Positions 26,322-39,840 of a stretch of DNA of 64,000 nucleotides are shown here, piece by piece. The notes under the pieces are model-generated. The model had not been told where the DNA came from, did no database searches, and saw nothing but the letters and a program-made list of their open reading frames with translations. Origin of the DNA: Octopus vulgaris (lineage: Eukaryota); the NCBI GenBank assembly GCA_951406725.2, contig OX597832.1:51274001-51338000 (forward strand). The letters are read 5' to 3'. The position numbers were made by a program, and so were the translations under genes. How positions within the stretch are numbered: position 1 is the stretch's first letter; each line of letters opens with the position of its first letter.

Positions 26322-26467
26322 GTAGCATCTTGCATCGCTGGAAAAAGAATTGGTTTGTCCTCTACAAGAGTGGCAAGCTACGCTATTTTGAGAGCCCACA
26401 CAGTCGCTGCTGTGATGATGTCTTGATGATCCCTTCAGCATTGGTGTGTATAAAAACAGGTAAAGAG
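26322..26467 (+). CDS. PLEKHB2: Evectin/PLEKHB-like, coding exon 2 (SILHRWKKNWFVLYKSGKLRYF...CIKTGKE)
   Basis: ttttag|GT acceptor, GAG|GTAAGT donor, phase 1 to 0 compatible. RWKKNWF is the evectin PH signature. Confidence 0.93.
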
Positions 26468-27887
26468 GTAAGTTATTTCTTTATTAGCACATAGTTATGG
26501 GTTTTTTGCATGTCCTTTTATTGTTTTACTCTTTTGCTTGTAAAAGTCATTAGACTTCGACCATGCTGGAGCACAACCTTGAATTTTAGTCGAATGAGTC
26601 AACCCTAATGCCTTTTTAATTATTATTTTTTTTTAAGCCTGGTACTTATTCTGTAGGTCTCTTTCGCAGAACCACTAAGTTACAGGGAAGTAAACACATC
26701 AACACCGGTTTTCAAGCAGTAGTAGGAGGACAAACACACACACACACACACACAAATCTTCCTCTTGCACAAGTTTCTTCTACATAGATATCTTGGTATA
26801 TCATTACCTGTCTGTTATCCTTCTAACAAGTCCATATTAGCACAATCTCTTCTCATGCATGCTACAACCAATTCCTCATTTGTGTCCACCCCATTCAATA
26901 CTACAACCAATTCCTCATTTGTGCCTATTTCTTTACTACCCACAAGGGGCTAAACACAGAGAGGACAAACAAGGACAGACAAACGGATTAAGTCGATTAT
27001 ATCGACCCCAGTGCGTAACTGGTACTTAATTTATCGACCCTGAAAGGACGAAAGGCAAAGTTGACCTTGGCAGAATTTGAACTCAGAACATAACGGCAGA
27101 CGAAATACGGCTACGCATTTCACCCAGCGTGCTAACGTGTCTGCCAGCTCGCCACCTTTGTGCCTACCCTATTCAATACTACAACCAATTCCTCATTTGT
27201 GCTCCTTTTCAAAGCAGTGGCACTAATGAAGTAACTAAGTACTTGCAAGAGACAAGACCTCTCGACTGAGTGGAGTTTAGTATTGAATGGGGTGGGCATT
27301 GTAAAGTGGTTGGCATTTGGAAGAGTAACCTATTGTAGAAACTATGCCAAAACACACACTAGTGCTTGCTACAGTCCTTTAACTGGTTGGTTCCTGTCGA
27401 ACTGTCCGACTCATGACCAGCATGAAAAAACAAACATTAAATGATGTTGCTGTTGTTGATGATGATGAGGAGGAGGAGGAATACTTGCCTTATTTATTTC
27501 CATCATTTGCTTTAGATTCTCATGTTTAGCTAACATGTAACAAGATCTGCCCTTCACTTGTAGATAGAACCCCATGGCTCAAGGAGAGTAGCTTCTGATC
27601 CTCACTCCTGAAGACAATCCTATTCATTCATTCATATATAATTCTAAAATCCTTAATGTATTTACTCTTTCTCTTACTCTCTTTTACTCTTTTACTTGTT
27701 TCAGTCATTTGACTGCGGCCATGCTGGAGCACCGCCTTTCGTCGAGCAAATCGACCCCGGGACTTATTCTTTGTAAGCCCAGTACTTACTCTATCGGTCT
27801 CTTTTGCCGAACCGCTAAGTGATGGGGATGTAAACACACCAGCATCGGTTGTCAAGCAATGCTAGGGGGACAAACACAGACACACAA

Positions 27888-27928
<41 letters not shown>

Positions 27929-28574
27929 CAAAAAGAGAAAATGGAGAAATATATCTAAATCAATCATCAACCATCAGATAATACCCAATCAATACTTTAT
28001 TAAACCATTACATAATAGCAATGATATTATACATTAATATAGTACAAATATAACAAGACATAGAAATAGAAATAGAAAACATATATACGACAGGCTTCTT
28101 TCAGTTTCCGTCTACCAAATCCACTCACAAGGCATTGGTCGGCCCGGGGCTATAGTAGAAGACACTTGCCCAAAATGCCACGCTGAAGAATAATCTTATC
28201 TCAAGCCAGCAAATCAGTAAGATTTGGAAGAGCCAAGAACAAAATGCCATGGTGTATTTGATTACAAACATTTACATTCAGCATGCAAGAATTCGTGAGA
28301 AATCCACACTTGTCAAATATATCTTCTGACATTTTTTTGTTTCGTTTGTCTAAATCTTTATAGATGCAAGCTTAGTGTGTGGTTCAGAAGCTAGCTTTGC
28401 AACCATGTGGTTTGGTGTTCAGTCCCACTGTGTGACACCTTGGGAAAGTGTCTTATATTATAGCTCCAGGTCAACCAGTGCCTTGTGAGTGAATTTGCCT
28501 GATGGAAACTGAATGGAAGTCTATAATACATTATATATATACCTCCTTCTTTCTGTGTTTTTTTTCTCTGTGTA

Positions 28575-28612
28575 TCTTTCTGTTGAAGAGCGTAGGCTCG
28601 AAACGTTAAAGA
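28575..28612 (+). ncRNA. Minimal type I hammerhead motif in a Penelope-like remnant (~28543-28710)
   Basis: tcttt-CTGTTGA-A-GAGC.GTAG.GCTC-GAAA-CGT-T-aaaga. All stems pair and one core base is variant. The downstream TTCCTGAGCGCC is shared with the 3112 copy. Confidence 0.75.
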
Positions 28613-28705
28613 CTTGTTTTATTTATATTTCCTGAGCGCCATACTAATACAATTGTTTGTTTGTTTTCCACCTGCCTTTGTCTTTTGTCTATTTTCATAA
28701 AGCTT

Positions 28706-28752
<47 letters not shown>

Positions 28753-29006
28753 TAAATTATATATATATATATATTATATTAAATTAGAGATAAAACCACT
28801 ATTAGGCAAATCAAACAATGAAAAACATAAGCCAATACATAAAATTAATTTAATTTATATTATTTTAAATATATATCAAATATTTAAATATATATCAAAA
28901 GTATTAAAAGTTTAATAAAAGATAAATGACAACTAAAGAATGGGACCTCGATATTATGTAAGTAGAGAAATTTATATATATAGTATAGCATAGGACAATC
29001 AGTAAG

Positions 29007-29081
29007 TTGTCATAATATAACTCAGAGTTTCAAATGCTGGAGCTAAGAGCTTTGAGGCATTTTCATCGGCTATTTTGACAA
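29007..29081 (-). ncRNA. Type I hammerhead motif with a longer stem II loop
   Basis: Minus strand ttgtcaaaatag-CCGATGA-AAATGC...GCATTT-GAAA-CTC.T.GAG-T-T-atattatgacaa. Confidence 0.65.
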
Positions 29082-31715
29082 TAGACACTATGAAAAGGAA
29101 AACAAAAAAAGAAAGAAAAAAAACGTTCAATAAAAGGGAAGTTACTCTCAAAGGTATGAAAAAGTATATCTTTTTGATATATAAATATATAGCATTTTGA
29201 GCTTTATAACTTATAATTTATTTGTATTGTTATTTTAAAAAAAAATTTCAACATCTTTATATCATACAAATAAATTATTCATACATCCATCTTTCTCCAT
29301 TTTCTTTCTTTCAATATTAATATGTATATCTTTATTTTCTAAGTTCAAATTCCGCCAAGGTCGACTTTGCCTTTCATTCTTTCGGAGTCTATAAATTAAG
29401 TACCAGTTGCATACTGAAGTCGATCTAATCAACTGGACCTCTCCCCACAAATTTCGGGCCTTCTGCCTAGAGTAGAAAAGAATATTAATAATATGTATTA
29501 CTACAATAATCCTTAACATATTGCTGAGACTTTCTTATGTGATAGTGATTAACCAGTAGAATTTTTTAGATTATATAATCCCTAATGTAGATCTAACATC
29601 TTTGAATTGACCATATATATATATATATCATCATCATCATTGTTTAAGGCCCGTCTTCCATGCATCCATGGGTAGGACGGTTTACAGGAGCCAGCCAGGT
29701 AGAATATTTATCCAAGGCTACTGTGTCTGTTTTGGCAAGGATTTTATGACTGGATGCCCTTCCTAGCAGCTGTAAAACTCCTGCATGTATATATCATCAT
29801 CATCATCATCATCGTTTAACGTCCATTCTCCATGCTAGCATGGGTTGGACGGTCTGACCAGGGATCTGGGAAGCCAGAAGGCTGCACCAGGCTCCAGTCT
29901 GATCTGGCAGTGTTTCTACAGCTGGATGCCCTTCCTAACGCCATATATATATGTATATATATTTATATACACACACACACACACACACATATAAGGGGAA
30001 ACATGTAGAAGTGGTAGATCTAGGAAGTGGTGAGAAAGGATCTACAAATGTTGGGACTCATAGAAGGGATGACAGGCAGTTTGCTGTGCTTGAAAAAGCC
30101 AAGCTAAATAAAAGCGTGCTTGCCTTTGCATATAGGCTTGTCCCTTGCAACCCTCTCTAGCTGAGCATCCCTAATCTTATGGGCTCTTAAGTGCTGGTGC
30201 CATGTAAAAAGCTCCCATGCCAGTGCTGTGTAAAAGCACTAAATACCCTCTGTAAACTGGTTGGAGTTAGGAAGGGCATCCAGCCATAGAAATCATAGCA
30301 AAACAGACAGTGGGCCCTAAAAAGCCATTTAGCTAGTCAGCTCCTGTCGAACTAACTCATGCCAACATGGAAAACAGGTGCTAAATGATGATGATGATGA
30401 TGATGATGGTTTTATAAGTGTGTGTTTGTTTGTCCCTCCCTCACCTTACTGCTTGACAACCTGTGTTGGTTTGTTTACATCCCCATAAACTAGTTGTTCA
30501 GTAAATGAGACACATAGAGTATGTACCAGGCTTAAGTTAAGTACTGAAGTTAATTTGTTTAACTAAACCCTTTAAAACAGTGCTACAGCTTGGCTGCTGT
30601 TCAGTGACTGAAATAAATAAAAGATAAAAGGTGTATGCATAGCTGTGTGGTAAGAAGTTTGCTTCCCAACCACAGGGTCTTGGTTTCAATCCTATTGTGT
30701 GGCACCTTGGGCAAGTGTCAAAGCCTTGTGAATCAATCTGGTAGACTGAAACTGAAAAAACCCCATCAAATGTGTGTGTGTGTGTGTGCGCGTGTGTATG
30801 AAGGTTCATGGCCTAGTAGTTAGGCATATTGCACTAACAATCGTGAAATCTTGGTTTCAATTCCCAAGCTGGCTGTGTGTTGTATTCTTGTGCAAAACAT
30901 TTAATTTCACACTGCCCCAGCTTCAGCTGTAAATGGATAACCCTGCAATAGACAAGCTTTTCGACCAGGGGGCAATGTTGGCCTGCTTGTCTAGTCAGCA
31001 GGATGGCATTATCCAAAAACTAAAACAATGCAAAGCGCATTGTGACCAGTGATGTATAACATCTGATAGTCTGGTTGATCATGTCATCACATGATATATG
31101 TGTATATATGTGTGTATATACATGTGTGTGTATGTGAGTATATATGTGTGTGTGTATGTGAGTATATATATGTATGTGTATGTGAGTATATATATGTGTG
31201 TGCATGTGAGTATATATATGTGTGTGTATGTATGTGTGCGTGTGTATATGTATGCATATGTGTGTGTGTATATATGTATGTGTGTGTGTATGTATGTATA
31301 TATATATATATATATATATGTGAGAAAGAGAAGAAACAAAATATCCTTAAGATGATGATATTTTGTGTGTGTGTACATGTATGTATATGTATTGTGGGTG
31401 TATGTGTCTTACTATCTGATTTCATGCGGCAGTCGTAAACACATGTGACCATCATGCAAGTGGTGCCCTTTATTTCCAATCTTCCATGAAAACATGTCTG
31501 GTCACAGGGAGGTATTACCTTGCTTGGAAACAGGCAAAGGTTTGTGACAGGAAGAGCATCCAGCTGTAGAAAATGCACCTCAGCAAATTCTGTGTGACCC
31601 ATGCAAGCATGGAAAAGTGAATGTTAAACGATGATGATAATGAGGAAATGACAATAACAAACCGTTGTTTTTTTTTGTTTCTTTTTGTAATTCTTTATTC
31701 TTCAACTATTTTTAG

Positions 31716-31825
31716 GTGGCTATGTCCAATCCACTTCCATCACACCTGAACCGCAATTGTCTGATAGAATTGGTAGCACGAGACAGAAGGTTGTTGTTGT
31801 GTGCAGAAAGTTCTGATGACACAAG
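31716..31825 (+). CDS. PLEKHB2: Evectin/PLEKHB-like, coding exon 3 (VAMSNPLP...LLLCAESSDDT)
   Basis: tttttag|GTG acceptor, AG|GTAAGA donor, phase 0 to 2. LCAESSDD corresponds to LCAESTDD of evectin-2. Confidence 0.92.
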
Positions 31826-33317
31826 GTAAGATATCCATTTTAGTCATTAAAATCCCTAGCAAAACCTCAGGTATTACCTTCTGTATATTTTACATTTTTC
31901 GTATTCCCCTCTCTCTCTCTCTTGCGGAGAGGCACTGAGCAGCTATACACACACATACACACACGGCAGTGACTTCCACCTACCGGATTCAATCACAAAG
32001 TTTCGGTCGGCTCGGGGCTATAGTGGAAGACACCTACCCAAAGTGCTATGCAGTGGGACTGAACCCGAAACCATATAGCTAGGAAGCAAACTCCCTAACC
32101 ACACAGCCATGCCCGTGCCTACAGTCATGCCCGTATTCATTTGTCTCAATTGTCCAAAGCCAAATGTCTCTGTTACTCAGAGAGAGAGAGAGAAAGCATC
32201 GTACATAATTAACAAATTATTTTTAGGGCAAGTCAGTGACGTCCCTCTATGTGGACACTCAGAAATAGCAGCCAAATTTTCCTTCAAATTCACTCAAAGT
32301 GCACCATACCCTTCTTTCATAGAAAAGATTGTATGATTGCACTTACTGGAAAAAAGACTGGATGGGCCCGGCTAGAACGTCTCTGACCAATAGGTCTGCT
32401 CAGTCAGAGTTGATCTTGCGGCTAAACAACAACAGCAGCTATTTTCAATTATCATCAACTTCCAGAATACCCCGGATGGGGATGGGTGTCAATAAGTATA
32501 AGGTAAAAATAATTAAGGGGAAGTAACTCTTGGTAAAAATGAATACCTTGTAGTATCTATAGTTATCGGAAATTAATATTCTTTACTCTAGGCACAAAGC
32601 CCGAAATTTTTTTTTGGGGGGGGGGGGCAGTCGATTACATCGACTCCAGTACGCAACTGGTACTTATCGAACCCGAAAGGATGAAAGGCAACGTCGACCT
32701 CGGCAGAATTTGAACTCAGAAGTAAAGACAGACGAAATACCTATTTCTTTACTACCTGCAAGGGGCTGAACATAGAGGGGACAAACACGGACAGACATAG
32801 GTATTAAGTCGATTACATCGACCCCAGTTCGTAACTGGTACTTAATTTATCGATCCCGAAAGGACGAAAGTCAAAGTCGACCTCGGCGGAATTTGAACTC
32901 TGAACGTAAAGACAGACGAAATACCACTAAGCATTTCGCCCAGTGTGCTAACGTTTCTCTCAGCTCGTCGCCTTATCGGAAACTGATATTGATAAATAAA
33001 CTATCGGTTTGTAGCCAGGCACAAAGAAGCCAGCGCTATTTTGAAACAGCGACATCTTACCTGCAACCATTGCCATACACGAGACTAAAATGAGATCTCA
33101 CCTTTAACCATTATTGAAGAAAAAGACAACATTTTCCCCTCTCATTCTTCTCAGGCTGAGGCCGAGAAGACACTTTGAAGCCAGGAGCTCACAGTGGACT
33201 TTGGTCTCACTGTGATACTACATGCATTGTCTCCAGACGTTATTGAACCTCACATGTATGGGAGAGAAGGCTAACTACACACTACTGTGAAGATGGTTAC
33301 TGAAAGCAAACCCCTTG

Positions 33318-33729
33318 GGATCTTTTCGGTTTGAATGGCAGTTTTTAACATAATTTCTAGGTAACTAAAAAAATTTTAAACTTCGTATACTGGTAGAATG
33401 TGTTTATAAAACATCTTTTTTTCTCTTGGCTTTATTGAGAAAATTCTATAGTTTGTAAGATATTTGTTGTTGTTTTTCTTCAAATTCTGCAATTTCAACC
33501 AACAGTGACGTCTATTGAGTTAAAAAACATTCTGTGCCGTATGAATAAGTCCCTCGTTTAAGAAACAGATTGGGTTTATTTACAATTTGTGAAGCAAAAA
33601 GATACCCTTCCCCAACCCCTAACCCTAAAACAGATTGAAGTGAAATAGATCGATACTAGGGTCATAATTATGGGTGACAATTTCATATGACACCGCTAGA
33701 AAAAACTGCCGTTCAAACCGAAAAGATTC
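33318..33729. mobile_element. Third TTAGGG-containing Merlin-like MITE
   Basis: GGATCTTTTCGGTTTGAATGGCAG / CTGCCGTTCAAACCGAAAAGATTC termini; flanks share aacccctt. Confidence 0.8.
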
Positions 33730-33949
33730 AACCCCTTTTATGAAGCACCTGTGAATAAATGGTTATTGAATTTACTCCGCCTGAGAACTTCATTCTTCGT
33801 ATTTCCAGCTCCTTGAATCAACAGACTAATTATAATGGAAGCAGAAGATACCCCAAAAGTATCATAAAAACCTTCCTTCCATTATAAAATGGTGACCCCG
33901 ACGTGCCTTCCTTCCATTTTAGGTTAGTTGCTGTCCGCAGAATTTCATA

Positions 33950-34413
33950 TAATAATATAATGAAATTATTGTATACAGTGCTCAGGTGCACCACAACTTG
34001 TCAGAAAGTGCGTATAGAGTACATGCAGTAATGTACAAATGTCTAGAAAGCGAACAGTGTATGAGTCAGATACATGCTTGTGTGTGTATGGAGGGGAGAA
34101 AACCAGGTGTAGTGTTGGCGAATCTCAAGAAGCATGGAAGTTTTGAAGGATGCAGTGCTCCGACAACTAACAACTGATGCCGGCAGTTTGTTCCATGCTT
34201 CAGCAACTCTCAGCGTGAAAAAATGTTTCCTAAAGTCATGGGAGCTGTGCTGTTTTCTGACTTTGTAAATATGTCCACAGGTGTTAGACAGTTGGAGTTT
34301 GAAAAGGTGCCCAGAGTTATTGTTTGTAAGATGGTTAATAATTTTATGGTTGTCTGCCAAGTCAGCTGCCAGACGTCGGTGTTTCAATGTGTCCATGCCC
34401 AGGGAAGTAAGGC
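33950..34413 (-). mobile_element. CR1-like 3' fragment; a shorter copy lies at 36544-36939
   Basis: Highly similar to 291-746. Confidence 0.85.
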
Positions 34414-34704
34414 CTTGTGCCTAAATTAGAAATACCTAAAAATAAATGCAGAACTAAATAATTTCAACTAGTATCTCACTAAATATTTGTTTTAAAGTCT
34501 TGTACTTATTTTCTCAGTCTCTTTTATTGAACTGCTAAGTTATAGGGCTTGGCTGTGTGGTAAGAAGCTTCCTTCTCAACCACATAGTTCCAGGTTCAGT
34601 CCCACTGTGTGACACCTTTGGCAAGTGTCTTCTACTATAGTCTTGGGCCAACCAAAGTTTTGCAAGTGGATTTAGTAGATGAAAACTGTGAGAATCCCGT
34701 CATG

Positions 34705-34740
<36 letters not shown>

Positions 34741-35934
34741 ACTTTGTCTCCCCCCACCCATCACTGCTTGACAACTGGTGTTGGTATGTTTACATCCCTG
34801 TAACTTAGCACTTCAGCAAAAGACACTGATAGACTAAGTACTAGGCTGTAAAAAAAAAAATAATCCTGGGGTCGATTTGTTTGACTAAAACCCTTCAAAG
34901 TGGTGCTCCAGCATGGCTGCAGTTGAATGGTTAAGGTGTTGGACTCATAGTTGTAAGATTGTGGTTTCAATTCCTGGACTGGGCGACGCGTTGTGTTCTT
35001 GAGCAAAACACTTCATTTCACGTTGCCATCACATGTCTTATCTCTAACACTGCTTTTTAAATCTGATTGTTTATATTATGTTTACTCCTTTTACCTTCTA
35101 ATTTATGTACCCCATTTTGATTTTTGGGGATTTTGAGTTACACTTTCTATTATATTATTTGAGTTATCATCATCATCATCATCATCATTTAGCGTCCGTT
35201 TTCCATGCTAGCATGGGTTGGACGGTTTAACTGGGGTCTGTGAAGCCGGAAGGCTTCATCAGGCCCAGTCAGATTTGGCAGTGTTTCTACGGCTGGATGC
35301 CCTTCCTAACGCCAACCACTCCGTGAGTGTAGTGGGTGCTTTTTACGTGCCACCATCACAATTCACTACATCACAATTTATTTCGCTGTTACTAAGTGGT
35401 TTTCCACCACATTTCTTAAAAATTGTGGTAGAGGCCTTGGTTTCGGGACCATTCATGTCGAGAAACTGAAGTTGGGGGTAAGCGGGGGCTGGCTTCCTGT
35501 AGAAAATACAATTCCAAAAAAGCCTCATGATAGCAAAGGAGAATGGTTACCAGCCAGCCCAAAAATTGGGGTGGGGTGCACTTGCCTACCTTGGCTGCTT
35601 ATGGCATTGAGGTAGATCTGGCCACCTCTGTTAACAAGGGAGGGGTGCTGGATTTAAAACACTGGATGGTGATGATGATGATATGCATTAAGTTACTATC
35701 TTTAGTATGAATACTTGCTTTCAGATTGCTGTGCTTTTTAGCATGTGTTTACTTGTTCAGATCCTTGCAGGAGTGGCTTTGTGGTAAGTAGGTTGTTTAC
35801 CAACCACATGGTTCCGGGTTCAGTCCCACTGCGTGGTACCTTGGGCAAGTGTCTTCTACTATAGCTTCGGGCCGACCAAAGCCTTGTGAGTGGATTTGGT
35901 AGACGGAAACTGAAAGAAGCCTGTCGTATATATG

Positions 35935-35967
<33 letters not shown>

Positions 35968-38535
35968 TTGCGTGTCTGTGTTTGTCCCCCTAGCATTGCT
36001 TGACAACCGATGCTGGTGTGTTTACGTCCCCGTAACTTAGTGGTTCGGCAAAAAAGACCGATAGAATAAGTCCCGGGGTCGATTTGCTCGACTAAAGGCG
36101 GTGCTCCAGCATGGCCGCAGTCAAATGACTGAAGCAAGTAAAAGAGAGAAAGAGTATAGCAAAGGAGAATGGTTACCAGCCAGCCCAAAAGTTGGGTCGG
36201 GGTGCACTTGCCTACCTTGGCTGCTTATGGCCGCAGTCAAATGACTGAAACAAGTAAAAGAGTAAAAGAGTGAGTATAGAGTATTGTTTTCGCCAGTTAT
36301 TTCCCTTGCATCATTTTCCGTATTAACTTTATTTACATCAATGACTTATTTCGTGTAATTTTCTTAAGTGTTCATTTCTATGTAGAAAGAATTTCGTAAA
36401 TTTAATATTCTCAACTATAGACCACTGTTCATCTCCAAATGCTGTTAAGTACTAGTTTGACGGTGGGTATTTCCTTGTCTTAAAAGTCCTCTGTATTTGT
36501 AACGTGTCTTCACTATTCTTACTGTTGGAGCTTTCATCTTTCTTAATAATAATAATGAAATTATTGTATACAGTGCTCAGGTGCACCACAACTTGTCAGA
36601 AAGTGCGTATAGAGTATATGCAGTAATGTACAAATGTCTGGAAAGCGAACAATGTATGAGTCAGATACATGCTTGGTTGTGTATGGAGGGGAGAAAATCA
36701 GGTGTAGTGTTGGCGAATCTCAGGAAGCATGGAAGTTTTGAAGGATGCAGTGCTCTGACAACTAACAACCGATGCCGGCAGTTTGTTCCATGCTTCAGCA
36801 ACTCTCAGCGTGAAAAAATGTTTCCTAAAGTCATGGGAGCTGTGCTGTTTTCTGACTTTGTAAATATGTCCACGGGTGTTAGACGGGTGGAGTTTGAAAA
36901 GGTGCTCAGAGTTATTGTTTGTAAGATGGTTGATAATTTCTTATAGAATCATGCTCTCCATCTCATTCTTTGTCTGAAGGTATTTATTTTATAGATGATA
37001 TCTCTTTTTGTATTCCTTTTTTGATGGTATTGGAGTATCTTTCATGGATATATTTATATTTATTATTTCCATTTTCTGGTAATCTGCTTTAGTCATTCAG
37101 TAAAATACTGAGTTTGTTTAAAGGTAAATTTCCAAAATTGGTTCATAGGGATATACAATCCTAGCAGGTACCATGTTCACTTTGACTGGTTAACAATAAT
37201 ACTGGTTAACCTCAGTGAATGTAGATGAACTCCACTTAGCTTATTTTTCTATCCTTAGTAGATTCTCACTTAGATAAATCCATATGTCTATATAGAGACT
37301 GCATGTTGTCGGTAGAGAAGAAATGATAAATTAATAAATTATGAGAAAAGAGATTTGGTTGGACTAGTACTCTATTTAGATGGTGTCTGAAATGCAGTTA
37401 AATTGTACCCTGGCAAAACAGCATCAGTGATTAACCCCAAAATGCACATCATGCTGCAAAATTTTCAGTGTGCACTGACTTGCAACAGAAACCTATGTTG
37501 GTACTGACATGGAAAGATGTGATTAACTGTCACCTGTTTCTGCCTCTCTGTCTCTTTGTCACCCTCTAACCTTTCATCTTCTGACATGAGTTCCCCTCCT
37601 CAAATTCCCCTACCCCTCTCACAATTCCTTGTCTTGTGAGTTACATGATGACCCTGCCAGTGCTGGTGCCATGTAAAAGGCGTCTAGTCCACACTGTAAA
37701 GTAGTTGGCATTTTGAAGGGCATCCAGCTGTAAAAACCATGCCAAAACTAACATTGCCTGTGCTAGTGCCTCTTAAAAAGCACTGAATCCACTCTGCAGA
37801 GTGGTTGGTGCTAGGAAGGGCATCCAGCCATAAAAACCCTTCCAAAACACACACAGCAGTCATAGGTAGTTTTTCTACCTGGCCAGCTACTGTGAACCTT
37901 CCTACCCTTGCATGCATGGAAGATGGACATTAAACGATGATGATGATAATATATATTTCATGTATTTGTGTATATGTGATATATGGAGATGTGCATATAT
38001 TTAGTCAAATACACCTACTTACAAGTAAAAGATATACAGGCATAAGCTGTATGTATGTGTATTGTTTAGATAGATATACAGTGATGTGCGTAAATAGAAG
38101 AGTGTGTATAAGTGTGTACAGTATTTGTGGGTATCATAAATATATATCAGCAATTAAATTCTTTACTAAGGCATACTAATATCTGTTAATAGATAATAAA
38201 TCATTACTGTTCTATTTCCTCATTAGGGAACAACTTCTTTGAAGTGAATGTGTGTTCATAACACATTCAATTTATTAGCGTATGGAGACTTTAAGGCACC
38301 TAGTGTTTTGAAATTATTGTACCTCCTCAGTCACAGCTACTACCTACCAGCCACCCAGGATTACATCCCAATTGTATTTCAACTACCCTGAACTAATGAA
38401 TTGAGTCCAGGGTGACTGGGATTTAATTGACTTAGGCACAAGAAGACAGAATTCAGACATAGCTGAAGTACAATAAGTGAAACCAGTAGAAGAATACTCT
38501 GAATTCAATTGTCTTTAAAATGAATGCTCCTAAAA

Positions 38536-39168
38536 CAGTGTTTCCCAACCTATTTTCCCCCAGGCTTCACTATAACTTTCCATAAATATGTATGCCCCAC
38601 CAGTGATTGAAAAACAACTTTATTTTTAATATTTTTTCACAATTATTTAATACAGTGGTTCTCAACCATTTTTTTAATCTATGGACCTCCTTGATTACTG
38701 TTTTACTCTGGTGCTCCCCTCCCCCCAGCCTCTCGGATGTTTAAAGACTAGTTTTATAGAAACTTCTTTCAAAACCCGTTTTGTTTTTCACACATTAACT
38801 TGTGTAGGCTGAACTATTTAACATGTTAGAGAAAGAACCCTATCTGTTTCTTCCAATACATACATCAAAATCAAAATTTTTTTAATAGACCCTTAATATA
38901 CTACTGTGTGGACCCCAAAAATATTATATGGGCCCCCAGGGGGCCATATGAACCCTTGCTGAGAACCACTTATTTAATACAAAATAATCTACCAGTAACT
39001 CTTTATTTAAGTAGAGTACAAAAATTAGTACATTCTTGACTAAGAAATAAAAAAACAAGTGAATTGCTTTATTGAGAACCTCGTGCCTGGCAGCCTACGG
39101 CACCATGCCCTACCACCATTTTCCCAGGCCCCACAAGTGGGGCATTTATCCTACATTGGGAATCACTG
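38536..39168. mobile_element. hAT MITE containing a nested hAT MITE (38653-38971)
   Basis: Outer CAGTGTTTCCCAA / TTGGGAATCACTG; inner CAGTGGTTCTCAA / TGAGAACCACT with 8-bp TSD atttaata. Confidence 0.75.
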
Positions 39169-39302
39169 CTCTAAATTCTATCAGCTTTTTAAATTCCTCC
39201 TGCACTACCAAGGTCACCTTATTAAGAAAAATTAACCTTGTTCTTTGTTGAATGAGATGAATGCTATTCATTAAACTGCATAATTTTTGTATTTCACCAA
39301 AG

Positions 39303-39505
39303 TGCTTGGAAAATGGCAATTGAAGAAGCCAGAGCAGTTCATGCAACCCGACGATTTTCAGACACATTCCGACCAGATCATCACCAAGGCATGGAGCCAC
39401 CACCTTCTTATGCTGAGCTTTACAACCAACCTCAGATTTTAACATATGCCACCAATGAGTATCCAACAGGCTATTCTGTGCATCATGTTAATTCTTTACC
39501 TTATG
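39303..39505 (+). CDS. PLEKHB2: Evectin/PLEKHB-like, coding exon 4 (AWKMAIEEAR...PPPSY...LPY)
   Basis: aag|T acceptor, G|GTAAGT donor, phase 2 to 1. Contains the PH C-terminal helix Trp (AWK) and a PPxY motif. Confidence 0.9.
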
Positions 39506-39568
39506 GTAAGTACACCATCAAAACAAGTACACACACATATCACCGCTATTATTATTATTATTATTATT

Positions 39569-39840
39569 CTATGTTTGACTTTTGCTTTATATTTGTACAA
39601 GTTGGCTCCAAGTCTCACTCAGAGACCTCAAGAGACAACAGGTTGGAAGTTTGTGATGTTGTTATGCCTAGTGTGCCAAAAAAAAAAACGAAAATAGAAA
39701 GTATTTTGCGTAGGATATGAGCAGTTCCCATGAGCACTATCTTTTGAATTTCTGCCATTTTGGGGTTTCCTGGTATCTGAGTTAGGTAGCGATCAGCCCC
39801 TTTTGCTATCATTCCCAGGGCACCTATGACAACCGGTATT
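39569..39840 (-). mobile_element. R4/Dong-like retrotransposon 3' end inserted in (TAA)n
   Basis: IPVVIGALGM...IQKIVLMGTAHILRKILS; (TAT)n tracts on both sides. Confidence 0.7.

Noticed and set aside
31020-31602. His/Thr/Tyr- and Val/Cys-rich ORFs
   Set aside because: Translations of compound TA/TG microsatellite.
39313-39720. 135-aa standalone ORF
   Set aside because: Only 39303-39505 is exon; the rest runs into intron and a retroelement.
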